In this document: piece by piece, positions 29,022 through 41,856 of the stretch
Layout: each line of letters opens with the position of its first letter
Numbering within the stretch: position 1 is the stretch's first letter
Assembly (NCBI GenBank): GCA_021613535.1
Contig: CP075495.1
Coordinates: 5,890,001 to 5,954,000, forward strand
DNA from: Adineta vaga
Lineage: Eukaryota; Animalia; Rotifera
Length of the DNA: 64,000 nt
Direction of reading: 5' to 3'
The notes under the pieces: model-generated
Told to the model about the DNA's origin: nothing
The model's database searches: none
Seen by the model: only the letters and a program-made list of their open reading frames with translations
Program-made: the position numbers and the translations under genes

Positions 29022-29751
29022 GAAAATGAATGTTAATTAAGTTGAGAGATTTTTCTTCAATGGACTCGATTTCTTTCTTCGATGTTGAGAGATCAATATT
29101 TAGTTGAAAAATTTCCCCTTCTAATTGTAATTGTTTAATTCGATTTAATCGTTGATTTTCCACCAGATTATGCATCCATAAAGAGATCTTATAAGCATCT
29201 GAACTTTTATGTCGAATATAATCGGAAGATATGTCTTGTAAATTAGAAAATTTTGTTCGAAATTCATCCATGATGGTTTCGGATGGTTGATAATTTCGAA
29301 TGATTTGTATGAATTTTTCATTGCTTTTTAATTCTGTGAGAAAATCATGTTTGTTTGTTGAGTATAAATATGTTAAAGCTTGAAAAAATCTTCGTAGATT
29401 TTTCGGTGCTTTACGCCAATGTCGAATATTAAGAAAGGATTGAAATGGAAAAGGAATTGATTTATTCGATATATGAAGATCTTTTTCGAATAATTTCGAT
29501 TGTTTTTCATTCATTAAATGAATATATTTTGCGTTTTCAAGTTTTAAATTCTTTTCATAATCATTCAATAGATCAGTTACTTCTTCAAGTGAATTTCCAT
29601 GATGATGTACTTGATCAAAACGTCGACGAAGAGTTTTAAAATCCTTTCAAAAAAAGAAATGATTCAAAATTTTTAAATGAAATCATCGAATACATACTTT
29701 AATATCATCAACTTTCATATCAAGAAAAGTAGTAATATATTCTCGTTGCAT
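28987..29751 (-). CDS. Divergent dynein heavy-chain stalk/microtubule-binding-domain-like protein; 5' end unresolved and possibly decayed
   Basis: Two exons (~29751-29698 and 29643-28987) encode a coiled coil, then 'NIRHWRKAPKNLRRFFQALTYL...NEKFIQIIRNYQP...ISSDYIRHKSSDAYKISLWMHNLVE', then another coiled coil, matching the dynein MTBD pattern. Confidence 0.5.
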
Positions 29752-30406
29752 TGCTCTGACAAAATAAATCCCGCTCAATTGAATACTAACTAAAAGGATA
29801 GATTCAATATGTTCTTCATCTTTTGTTCTTAAAGTACAATAATCGATTGTGGATCAGATTTTATTTGTATTAAATAAAAGTACAAAAAGAAATCATTTTA
29901 GACTTTGTATCTTATTTTTACTCGTCGGAACATAGATGTAATTATTAATAAAATATATAATCAGTAAGATTCTTTCGTTATTAAATAAAAATATATTGGA
30001 ATTTCTTAGACTTCAATTCGTTCTCTTTTTTATTCATACAAATATATGAATGTGTACATTTTGTTTCTGAAATATGTTTTTAATATTATATAAAAATGAA
30101 TAACGATTCTTGACTTTTGTATTTTAAGATTGTTGGAAAAACTAACTTCGGTCGGTTTGTTTAAATCATTTTCAATCAAGATATGAACCGGATACATTTT
30201 TTCTTTACATATATATACTTGTAGACAAATAGAAGTTTGTAATCATGACGAGTTTCTTTTTTAATACAGTATAACAAATAAAAATTTCCTTTTCTCTCCT
30301 CCTCCTCCTTCTTCTTCTTCTTCGTCTCGTACGCTCTCACTCGTCATCAAATACCTTTACCAGTTGTTTCTTTGCATAATTATATTTCTATTCGAACACG
30401 ATTGCA

Positions 30407-31968
30407 ATGGCAACCTCATTCACATCAGCGAAATTTCAGATTTTGAAAAAGAATAAAACCGGTTTGTCGATTCAATTTCGATTGAATATTCATCTGAAAT
30501 ATTCTTTATTTAAGGAGTTTTTGCTGCCAATAGTATTCATGAACCAAGATCTATCAGCAATCATCATACTACGGGACTAGATCTTCCGAATCAGATTCGT
30601 CATAATAGCGTAGCTAGTTTCTTCTATCCACCATTAGATTCAAAACAACATCATCTTAGTGAACAATATTATTCCATGCCAGATAAGAATGACAATTCTA
30701 ATGATTCATATTTAACTTTGAATAATCGAAGAAATGGTTTTCCACCGTCAAATATTCGTCATCAAAAGATGCGTTCAATGACAAGTTCACCCTTATGTCA
30801 AAGAACCTGCCATCATCCATCTGAAACTAAAGATTCATCAACAAAATCATCAATAATGCAATCACATGCATCAGCACGATTGAAATCTGAAATAGAATAT
30901 CTTCAACATAAATTGAAAAGACAAGAAGAAATGAGCAAAAGTATTCGTCGAGTAAGAAGAAAACAAATATTCTCGATCATACCTAATTAAGAGATATTTG
31001 AGAAAAATACACTTCAACAATAGTAAATATTGACTTTTGATTTCATCGAGCAATTTATTTTCGAAGATGATGATTATGATCATCATCGTCAGTCGTTGAT
31101 GACGTGATCGTCTTGTTCTAATTAATAATCAAGGACAATTTTTTTATTCTCTTCTCAAACATAAGAATCTTCACATGTTCGGTTATTTTACAATAGTACA
31201 ATTTTTCTATACTCTTAGGACTTGAATAGTACTTCACATGCTACTCTATCTTATTCAACTTCCTGTCGTCGTCCATCTGCATCTACCATATTGACAGCTG
31301 ATCGTATTCATAAACGTTTTTCATCAGCTGCAACTCATCAAACAACAAATACATTAATAACAATGCCTACAATCAATGATGCATCCACTCAAACAATACC
31401 AATTTATTCCAATTATATTTCATCAATAGTGCCTCCAATTACTGAAACAGATAATGATCAACATATACCAACAACAACAACAACAACAACAGAATATCGA
31501 CCCACATACGCTTATCAAATACCTCAACAATCAAATGTTGGCAGTGAAAGTATATTTTTAACAAATTCATCATTAAAAACACGTTCAATGAAAGTTAATC
31601 GACAACATCAGGATTTAAAATCTCTCTCTTGTCCATTTTATGTGATGTATTTAACAAATTTAACTACGCAACAAAATCAAATTAAAGATGATATAACACA
31701 TAATAATGATCATGAAATAATACATAAAGTACCAGTTAATTCTAGAACAACTACAGTTAATCTTCAACATCAATCAACTCGAAGACAAGTTAATAGTCGA
31801 TTAAGTTTAGACACTTATATTACTATTGCTGATAATGATGATGATATTTGTACAACAAAATCAACAATGCCTTCTCGTCATATACGATTCTCAACAGCAG
31901 ACAATGAAAAATCATCAAAATTACGAGATATTCTTCGTACATCATCATGGAATCGTGTTAAAGTTTAA
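30407..31968 (+). CDS. Uncharacterised S/T-rich protein with a short coiled coil; 3 exons
   Basis: ATG 30407; GT-AG introns at ~30462-30514 and ~30952-31218 join the ORFs in frame. No recognisable domain. Confidence 0.6.
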
Positions 31969-32125
31969 AATTTGTATTTTTTCGTATTTTATTTCAAAAA
32001 TAAGTTTTCTTTTGATGTTCGATGCTCTTTGTTTTCTAAAACACATTCTATTATCGATGTACACGTAACAAAAACTACACAAGTTTGATGTAAATTCGAA
32101 AGATTTTGTTTGTTTTTATTCAAAA

Positions 32126-34141
32126 TTATAACGATTGAATGATTGTTCTCGATGGTCGTGAGACTGATGAACGATAATTTGAATTGGGTTGTTGTTGAAC
32201 TTGTTGCGTATACATATAACGTGGATTTGTTGATATACTTGATCTTTCTGTTGCACTTAATCGATATGACATCGTCGTCTTATCATATTTCTGAGCTGAA
32301 TAATGATTTTGAAATGATGTTGTTGAATTTGCCTTATCTCGACACCAACAATTTAATACTGATGGTACAAAATGTGCTGATGATGCACAAATCATAAGAA
32401 TAGATCGACGAAATTTGTCACTTGTTAATAAATATAAGAAGAAATTCGTTGCATGTTGTAAATCACTTAATTGAAACATAATAGCACTTATAATCGTAAA
32501 ACGACGATAACGTAACCACTGATAATAATCATTATTATTTGGTGTTTTACTAAAACCATATTTAAGATCCAATACAAAGTAGACACTATTAGGTAATGTA
32601 ACAAGAAGAAAAACAACAGCTACAGCAAGTAACATCAATGTTATATGACGTTGTCTTGAACGTATAACTTCACTTTTCTGAGTACTACGCATTTCGAGTC
32701 CTTGATTTTCCGTTTTTTTCTGTTGCTGAGATTGTTTACTAAGACGTTTTTGACTGGAAACTAGAAATTTAAAAAGTAAAAGATGAAATTTTTTTACTTC
32801 ATGATATTCTATGTTTTCTTTCCTTGTGAAAGTCATGAAACAAATCGAACGCTTTCAATAGAAAGTCAACCCTTCGGGCTAAAAAAAAAGATTTTTTTCC
32901 TTTTTAGGTTGATAATCAAAATAAGTACTATTTATTTTGTATGATTAGAGATACAATCGTCTACTGTAACAAGGAACTCTCTTACAATAGCTAACGGCTA
33001 TATAAAAGACAATTTTGATGACAATATAGTCTTCATAAGAAAAAACAAAACGAAACAAATTTGTCAATAAATTTTAATAAATCAGTTCATGTTATTAACA
33101 AAAGATTTATGAGTATTGAAAAAGATAATATAATCGACTACAGTTATATATATAATCTCTTCAATGCCTAGAGGAATTCTTATAATTAGGAATAAAATCT
33201 TCTTCGTCATCACACTAGTGTTATTATTATTATTTTTATAAAGATTTCTTTTCATCGATTACTCTGTCTCTTTTTCTTCTTCTATCTATTAGTTAATATG
33301 ATGCATTAGTCCGTACTATTATTATAATATTTTACAATTCATTTCATCGTTACATTTATGTTTGTCTAGAAAAAGAAAAAGCTATGTTGTCTTTCTTACC
33401 TCTTTCATTGTTTAAATTTGTACTAATTATATGTCGAATATTTTGATGAGAATTTTGTCCTTTTTGTCGTAATTTATAAATAATTAAAACACTTAAAGTT
33501 AATATGAGAATAAATGGTAAAAAAAACCAAATGACAAAATCAACATAACGCCAGACACTTTGAATTGATTCAAAATGTTTTGTACCATAAAAACAAAAAC
33601 GTTCATGCGGACGTTTATGATGTTGTAGACTATCAACAGTCCAAAAATGATGAAAAGATATCATACTTGTCATTGCAAAAAGAAATATACAAACATATTT
33701 CGCTCGAGTTATAGTACAAAAATATGATACTTTCAAAGGAAACCAAACAGCAAAAAATTTGTCAGCTGTCATAATCACAAGTATCCAAACATTGGTATAA
33801 CCAAGTACATAGATGAGAAAATAAAGAATTTTACATGCTATTGCATGTGCAGCAATGAATGTTGAGAAATAAACAAGATTCTTTGTTATTAATACAAGTG
33901 GATCAAGAACACTAAGTGCAAGCATAAAAAAAGCTGTTGATGTTCCACGCATATGACGACTTCGTAAGGCAGCAAATGATAAAAAATTACAAATAAGTGA
34001 AATAGGTAAAATAATTAATGGTAAAAATCTTCGTAAAACATTATTTATATGTGCTTCCGTCCAACATTCGGATGACACTTCATAGGAAGTTTCATTGGTA
34101 GTTGAAGAAATATTTCGACAAAAATCTGGTACATTACCCAT
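32126..34141 (-). CDS. Rhodopsin-family peptide GPCR (FMRFamide/sex-peptide receptor-like clade); 2 coding exons
   Basis: Seven TM segments: 'CNFLSFAAL', 'FMLALSVLD', 'CK...WILVIMTADKFFAVWFPLK', 'FFLPFILILTLS', 'FLLVTLP', 'ATNFFLYLLTSDKFR'. Intron ~33399-32762. Confidence 0.88.
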
Positions 34142-36983
34142 CTAAAATATTGTTTATATTGGTAATTATATGACAAGCAATATTTTATTAATTAGTTTGA
34201 TATAACGTAAAGGTTAAGCGAACACAACATATACCAGACCTTTATGTTGTCACAAGTTTCGAACTCTCAATAAATCAAAAAAAAGAAAAGAAAAAGGTTT
34301 CCTTAATCAATATCTTCAGGCGACTGTACATGTCATCACAGAATATATTTGTATCAAATGAAGGCGCTATGACAAATATATTATTTTGCTAAAATCCTTT
34401 TCTCGTTCTCTAATCTTATTTTAGCTTATGTTCTGTCCATATTTTATGTAACAAACTAATCATTCGTTCGTTTCTTCGTCTTCGTCTTCGTCTTCTTCTT
34501 CTTCTTTTTTGTCTAATTGACATTCGTATGGAAATATCTGACTTTGCCGATTAGATATGCAAAGAGCAATCATATCTTGTTCTTCTCTCGAGAAAAAAAC
34601 TGAAGAGATGATTTAATGGAACCTACTTCATCTATAATTCTTCACATCTAAATTATGGTGATTTATCACAGTGAGAAAAAGAAACTATTTGGAAAAGCTT
34701 TCATGGGAATAAGTATATATATATATATATATATCGGCGAATGAATAAATAGGTTAGGCAAATCTCAGGATACTCGATAGAAGATTGAACTTCTATTTAG
34801 ATATATCATATTATGTACTTGATTAAAAAAACAACAACAAATTCATTTTCGGATACTCATCAATATGTATAAAAGAAACTTTTCCAAACGACATCTTTTC
34901 GATTAGATCGAGTGTAAATTTCATTTTCTATTAATGAAAATGTATGTATATATAGATATATATATAATTTGATCATCATACATTTCTATAATAGGTTTTC
35001 CTTAATCTGATTCCCTCAAGTTAAATTTTTAGGGATATTTAGTTACACTTTTGAAAATTAAAATGAAATATTAATTAGCAAAAGAAGAAAATAAGTAGAA
35101 ATGATCAGAACGATAGCAAAATTTTCAATACACAAATGTAGTTCTATGCAACATATCGAATGACAAAAGATGAAAGAATTTTTATACAAACTTTGATCTA
35201 TTATCAAACGATCGAATGGAAAAAGTAAAGCTTCATTTGTTCGAGCAATCGTTTTTCAATCATGTATAAACATTGTTGGTCTAATGTGCAACTGATGTTA
35301 ATAGTAATAGTTCCATAAGCACTTGTGACTTGTCTGTCAACGAAGATAAACTAATAGATATATCTCTTTATGTATTCAAGAGTTGAGAGAAGCAAAACGA
35401 GAGATTATAACTATCAGACACAGAGAAGAAAAAGAAAAAGAAGAAGATAGCGTGTAAGAGAATAAGAAAAAGAAGAGTAATGTCTTCTGAAAAGAGAAAG
35501 AGACAGAGATAGAGAGAGAGAGAGAGAGGGAGAGAGTGAGAAGAAAAAAATGTAGATCGTAAAAACGGAAATTGTCAACGACAATGTTCAACTTATCAAA
35601 AATCAGATTAATACAAGAATTATATATCGTATTCTGGTTTATACGCCTTTATCGACATCACTTGAATGTCTCTAGAATACCAAAGATTATTCTCTAACAG
35701 TTTTTTTGACTTCCTTCTTTCGTAGTTTTCATCAATCCGTAAATGATGAAATATCTCTGACAAGTAGATAAACAGAATAAACGGACATTAGGCAAACGAA
35801 AAAAAAAACTAATCATTTAATAATCTATAGAATGATACTATTTACAATAGATTCTTTTTTTCCTTCGTACGAAGTAAGAACACATCGAAATTAAATTATC
35901 AAATTCAACACTTGCTGTTATTCTTCTTCGTCGACAATTGATTGAATAAATCAAAATTTAGTAGAAGAGACGTTTTTTTAAGCAATATATCATCAAGTCA
36001 ATATTGGGAAAAACACACGCATATTTTTGTTTTTATTATAAGCTAAATAGAAAAACAAACAGAATATGTTCTGCCTCATTTAAACTATTTAAAGAAGAAT
36101 AGGGTTCAATTACTTTTATATGGAGCCAAAAATATCATTCATCGACAAAATCCATCTTATAAGTCATTGATATTCGTTTGATAAATGTTAATGATAAGGC
36201 TTGAAACTAATAATTATGTTGATTACAAAACAGGAAATAATATTATAGAAAATTTCTGCTCTGACCAAGATTGTTTTGTTAGACAGTTGATGATAATAGA
36301 CATGATTCTCCTTTGAGTTTCAGTCATGAAAGGAGGTTGAAACTTGCCAAAAAGTTGAACTAGTTTTTACTCAGTTGACAATGCGTGAGTGAAAAAAAAG
36401 ACGTTTCCTGATTATTGTCGTGGAAAATCGTTGATTGAACATAAATAAAACATGTTGCCGAAAGAAGAAAGTCGGACATTTTTCTTCCTTTCTCAGTCCG
36501 GATAAACCTACCAACTCACTTCCTTTTGATCAACGACCATGATAGTGAATTATCGAAGACAAATGTTCTATCTCATGAGAAATAGAGCCCATTGATGATT
36601 TGTTAACAGACATAGTCAACTGTCATTGCCTGCAATCTGACTAGTTTATATTTCTTGTCTCTAAGTCAAAGATATTAGTCAAGGTTAATTTTTCATATCG
36701 ATCTATTATGGAACTTTTATTTATTCAACTAAAAAAAAAACGAATCACGACAAATATGTATATACAGATGAATATATATGTGTATGATATTACTTCGAGA
36801 ATAAACATATGCTACACAGGAACACAAAAGGAAAAGCTGGATTGTAATATAGACAAAAAATGGATAAAGAAAGAAAAAAAATACTTCCATGCTCTGATGT
36901 GAATCGAGCAACATCTGACAAAACACGGTTTATTTTTTTGTTGTAGATTCTCATGTCAGATAATAACATGTATATGACATTCT

Positions 36984-38365
36984 TTATACACCAGTATAGA
37001 GTTTTTCGTAAGGTGGTGGTGGATGTTCAATATGAAAATGATTATTTGGTTGAGGTGGTGCACTTGGTTGTGGTAACATTGGACGACTTTCAGATGGCCA
37101 AGATTGTGGAATCTGTTGTTGATAATATTGTGGCTGATAACCTGAAGGTCCCGTGTGAACATAAATCGGTTGAGGTACTTGGATAGTTGTTGGACCTAAA
37201 TTTTAGATGGGTCTTAATAAAAACAAAATTGAATTTTTTCTTTACCTTGATTGCGTTTTCGATTCTTATCTCTACAACAACATTTCGCACAAATAACTAC
37301 TATTATTATTAGACAACAAACGCTGCACAGAGAGACAATAACTATCACTGTAATTGCCACCTACAATAACAATTATAAAAGTATTTCAATGAATTCAAAT
37401 AAATTTATTCTTATCTACACTATTCGATACATACGAATGAATCTGATATGAATATTTACAATTCAAAAAACGAAACTGATACTAGTTAGTTCTTATCAGA
37501 GTGCAAATCACATCGAATATTCTCTTGCTACTCAATAATGACTTTTTATTCTTACCTTTTTTGCCATTCCCAAAATTTCTTCGCCACTAAAATAGAATAA
37601 GACAACATGAGTTAATATAGTTTTAAAATAATGCAATTAGAATAGCAAACTAAATTAATTATTCGTTAATAGAAAAGCAAATGACTCAGTAGGGAAAAAC
37701 TTATTGGAAGAAAAATGTATGGAAAAAGCAGAATCATACGTCAGTAAGCTTAGTTGAAAGGTTATTTTGAACACATTCTTTATATTATACAGTACATTTT
37801 TTCATAGTCGTTGTTCTCACTATAAAAGAACACTGATGTGAAAGAAGAAGCTGTAATCTAAATAATTCGATTAAATTTGACTATATTATATACCTTTCTG
37901 TATTTCGCATTGCTTTAGCAACATTCATAACAAAACCGGCAGTTTGTATAGCTCTAAAGGAATAGTTTGTTATTATTCTCCTTGAAATATAATCAAACGA
38001 ACATACTCGACTATTTGACGTCGTTGACGTTTATTTGATTTAGGTTGTTCAGTATTTGATTCAAGACGAGTTACTCTATAATAAATTGTATGAATAGTTT
38101 TTTTTTGTTTATTTATATACTTATTGTTTTTTTTACCTAATTAATGTTCGTTCAGTTGTTGTTTGCCAAGATTGATCATGAGAATCATTCGCAATCGTAT
38201 TACTTAGTTCATGTTCATTAACAGCTATGTCTGAAAATATAAAATTTTAAAAAAATAATAAAAAATAACATTGGATATTTTATTCTCACTTATCACTGAT
38301 TGTTGAGCATTGACAAACACAATAAATAAAAGACTAATTGTAAACATGAAGCAATCGCTCATCAT
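36984..38365 (-). CDS. Small type I membrane protein: signal peptide, furin site, TM, Cys cluster, PSAP/PPPY tail; 7 short exons
   Basis: Manual splicing gives MMSDCFMFTISLLFIVFVNAQ...KSNKRQRRQIVEAIQTAGFVMNVAKAMRNTESGEEILGMAKKVAITVIVIVSLCSVCCLIIIVVICAKCCCRDKNRKR...PQPSAPP...HPPPPYEKLYTGV*. All six introns are GT-AG and in phase. Confidence 0.75.
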
Positions 38366-39710
38366 GATTTTGAATACAATGAATTCTAATCACTATTGTT
38401 CAATTTATAAATTTTCTTTTTGTTTCTACACAGTACTATAATCAATGAGTAAGTTTGAGGTCATTGTGCTTATATCATCATCATCTTCTATGAATCATTC
38501 TAATTCTATTGAATGGACCAATCAATCAAATTCCATAAAAAAAGATGGCACTGGTATAGTGCTTAAACAACACAATCGATGTACTGATGAAAATCTTGTG
38601 ATTTTTCTTTGGATTAATCAATATCAGAAGATCGACCATATATTTCATATTCAATTATGATCTACTCTTAGCGTCAGTCGTCAAAACCTATAATAGGAAA
38701 AAATAACATAATCGAATCTGTCTAGTGGTCATCATGAACTTCAAATTAGTAGATACCCTCTATTGATCCACATATGTGTCATTCCGAATAGTTCTTGTTT
38801 AGATTTCTTGCTTTAAATAACAGCACGTTGAAATCAATGACAATGATGTTTGTTCTATTTTTTTATCGATCAAAGAGATGAATAACTCAAATATGTTTGT
38901 GACTTCCGAATAGAATCTATTCATTTGGTCATGTGCCCTTACTATGGCAGTACGTGCTAGGACACTCTGTCTTCAATGATTTGATAAATTAAATACTAAC
39001 TATTCTATTTCATAGTTATTTCTATACTGTATTATCTTTAATTACTGAATAGATAGATATTGAATAAGACGAAAATACTATATCTGTAAGATATCTACTA
39101 AAACGAAGTCTTATAATTTCTTTTGTTGAATTGATATTCATTTGTTTCTAATTTATTCCTAATAGAATAAGATAAAATTCATTGATATACTTACAAATAA
39201 TATTTCGTATGCATCATTCATTTACCACTATTATTTGACTTTCAATTAAATAGATCTAATATCCAACGTATTATTCGTCTATATACATATCTTCTTGAGA
39301 CGATGTCTTCACAGAAATTTCTCCTTATTTTACTATATCTAATAACGTTCGTTCAATTCATTCTTCTGCTAATCCTTGATTTTCAATTAGGATCGTACTT
39401 GACGTAAATAGTTATACAATATACATGTTAATAAATGCATATATATATATACATATTCTTATCTTTTTTCTCTGACAAGGCAAAAACCTCGTTATCGTTT
39501 CTATTTTGTCACTTTATCATTCATTTATCAAAGATATCTATTTGTCATCAGTGATTCTTTCTTCCACATATCGATTATATTGTTATCTGATATGTTAATA
39601 AATCTAATCAACCTTGATACTATATATCTCAACATCATCGAAAAAAAAGACAGCATGATTGAAATATATTTGCTTATTTATTTAAACACATGAACAACAC
39701 ATATATTCGA

Positions 39711-39941
39711 TTATTTAATTTTTTTCAAATCATCAAATTCTTGTTTTTCTCCATCATTAATTCGAGAAAATTTTCGTTGCATATATTCCTTCATTTGATC
39801 AACACTGTGTGAAAGTGTAGTCGAACGTTGTCTATAATTTTCAAGTGATCGATGTTGATTTACTACATGTATTGTTGACGAACGTTGATTTTTAATTTGT
39901 TTCAAAGCTTGATTTTCATCATCGTATCTTGTTTGCGACAT
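39711..39941 (-). CDS. Short orphan ORF, 76 aa
   Basis: ATG-initiated, with coding-like hydrophilic composition and RxxS/T motifs (QRSST, QRSTT). No homology recognised. Confidence 0.4.
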   Translation of the reverse strand: MSQTRYDDENQALKQIKNQRSSTIHVVNQHRSLENYRQRSTTLSHSVDQMKEYMQRKFSRINDGEKQEFDDLKKIK

Positions 39942-40555
39942 AGAGCTTGTAGCGTTAATGTTATTCCGAAAGAGAAAAAGAAAGAAGAATAAAAAATAAA
40001 TGATTAGGTTTGTTAAAGAGGATTTTTTGTTTTTTTTTTTGCATAAAAAAAATATCTCTTTTCATGGGATTACTTAAATGAACTACATAGTCGACTAACG
40101 AGGGAAAAAAGGTGGAGAGATAGAGATGAAATTTTTTTTCTTGTTTTATCCACTCAGCATGAGTTTAGTTTACGAGTCGATAAGCGGGAGTTTAATTATA
40201 TCAAATGAAAATCTTTCAAATTTTGCTTTGCTTGTCAATTTATTTTACGATCGTACATAAATAGGAGAACGAGGTGTTTTTTTTTCAATTCTTAATGAAC
40301 TATTCATAGTAGTCAACAGTTTACATGTCGAATATTTTCACAGACTAAAGAACATTAGTTTCAATTAACTAGTTTTCCCTGGAAAACATCATTATTATAT
40401 AATTATAAATCTCTGTATCGACGCAGTATGTTGGTAATAGTTAAGCATACGTTTATGTATATATATATATTCTGTTTTTATTCAAGAACAAACACAAAAC
40501 AAAGATTCACAATAGAAAAAGAAAAGAATCTATAATAAAATTTATCTTTTATTGA

Positions 40556-41856
40556 CTACTGAACTTCTTGAAAGGAAGGTGATGCATTAGCTTTGTTTAG
40601 TTGAAAAAGCCATTTAATGATTCTTGCATTACGTTCAATCACAGATAATGATGTTGATGGAACAACTGTTCTTCTTGTATTTGATGGACTATTAGCACTA
40701 TCCAATGTTGTTTGATCAGAAAGTGATAGTAAACTTACACTTTCAAATGCGCCACAATCAGAAAAATGAGTTGTTGAATTCGGTGCAGATATCGGAGGTG
40801 TGGAAGATCGTAATGGAATAGTTAAAGAATCAGTTTGAAACCGGTCTTGTTCACATTGATTATCTTGATAAGGAGATCGACGAGGTTTTCTAAACAAGAA
40901 GAGAAAAGAATTGGATTGCTCCTAAAATCATTTCATTAAAATCTACATACGTTATACGCAATGAAGGTGTTAACTGTTGCTGTTGTGGTTGTGGTTGTTG
41001 TTCGTTTAGTGTTTTATTTTGTAGAAGTGATTGTCGATTATGTAAAACTTCTTGACTTTTAACAAAGAATCCTTTAGATTCATCTAGTAATTCTGTTGCT
41101 GATCGTTGTGAACACTGTTCTATTAATACAAAGCAGAAAAGAAACTAGTATTATCTTCAATCATAATATTTCAACTCTTATCAGACAAAATCAATTACAG
41201 TTATTGATTTCATTTAAATGACTCTCTATCAACAAGTGTTCAATGATTTATGAGTTAGACAAGGTTAGTTGACATTTAACAGACATGATCATAATGATAA
41301 CATGCAGATTTCGTCTGCTTATTTTTTTTTCATACTGACATGAATTAAATGACATTTTATTACATCATCTGTCTATATTAAGATGGGTGTCAAACTGAAT
41401 AGTTGACTTAACCGATAATCATTCGCGTCAAATTTTCTTTGTCTTTTTAGTTACGTTGACGATCGTATAGAAGATAAATAACATAACAGATCATTTAGAC
41501 ATGATAATCACGACGAGTTGATAAACATATTTGCTTCATTAACATTTCTCATGTAAACATAAACGACCTAATCATCATCCTTTACAAAGCCTTCGTCTCA
41601 TCATGATCTATATGCAATGATCATCACAGTGATCAATGGATATGAAGAAGGAGAAAAAGCTTTTTATTTTCTTGATATCGACTAGTTTTAAAATTACAAC
41701 TATAGTTGAAGATAAAAACTTACTAGTTGAAGATGCTGCAGCAGTCAGACGAATCCGTTCTAATTTAGTGTAGAAGTCATCGATACGAGTCTTATGACTA
41801 CTGTCCATCAGTCGGGGTCGTTGTCTATCAATATAGTGATGCTGATGTTGTTGCAT
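40556..41856 (-). CDS. FAM110: FAM110 family protein; 3 exons
   Basis: N-terminal motif 'RSATELLDESKGFFVKSQEVL' (exon ~41119-40951) and C-terminal motif 'SVIERNARIIKWL'; the exons splice in frame. Confidence 0.8.

Noticed and set aside
36953-37451. Plus-strand and alternative-frame ORFs near 37 kb
   Set aside because: Shadows of the real minus-strand spliced membrane-protein gene.
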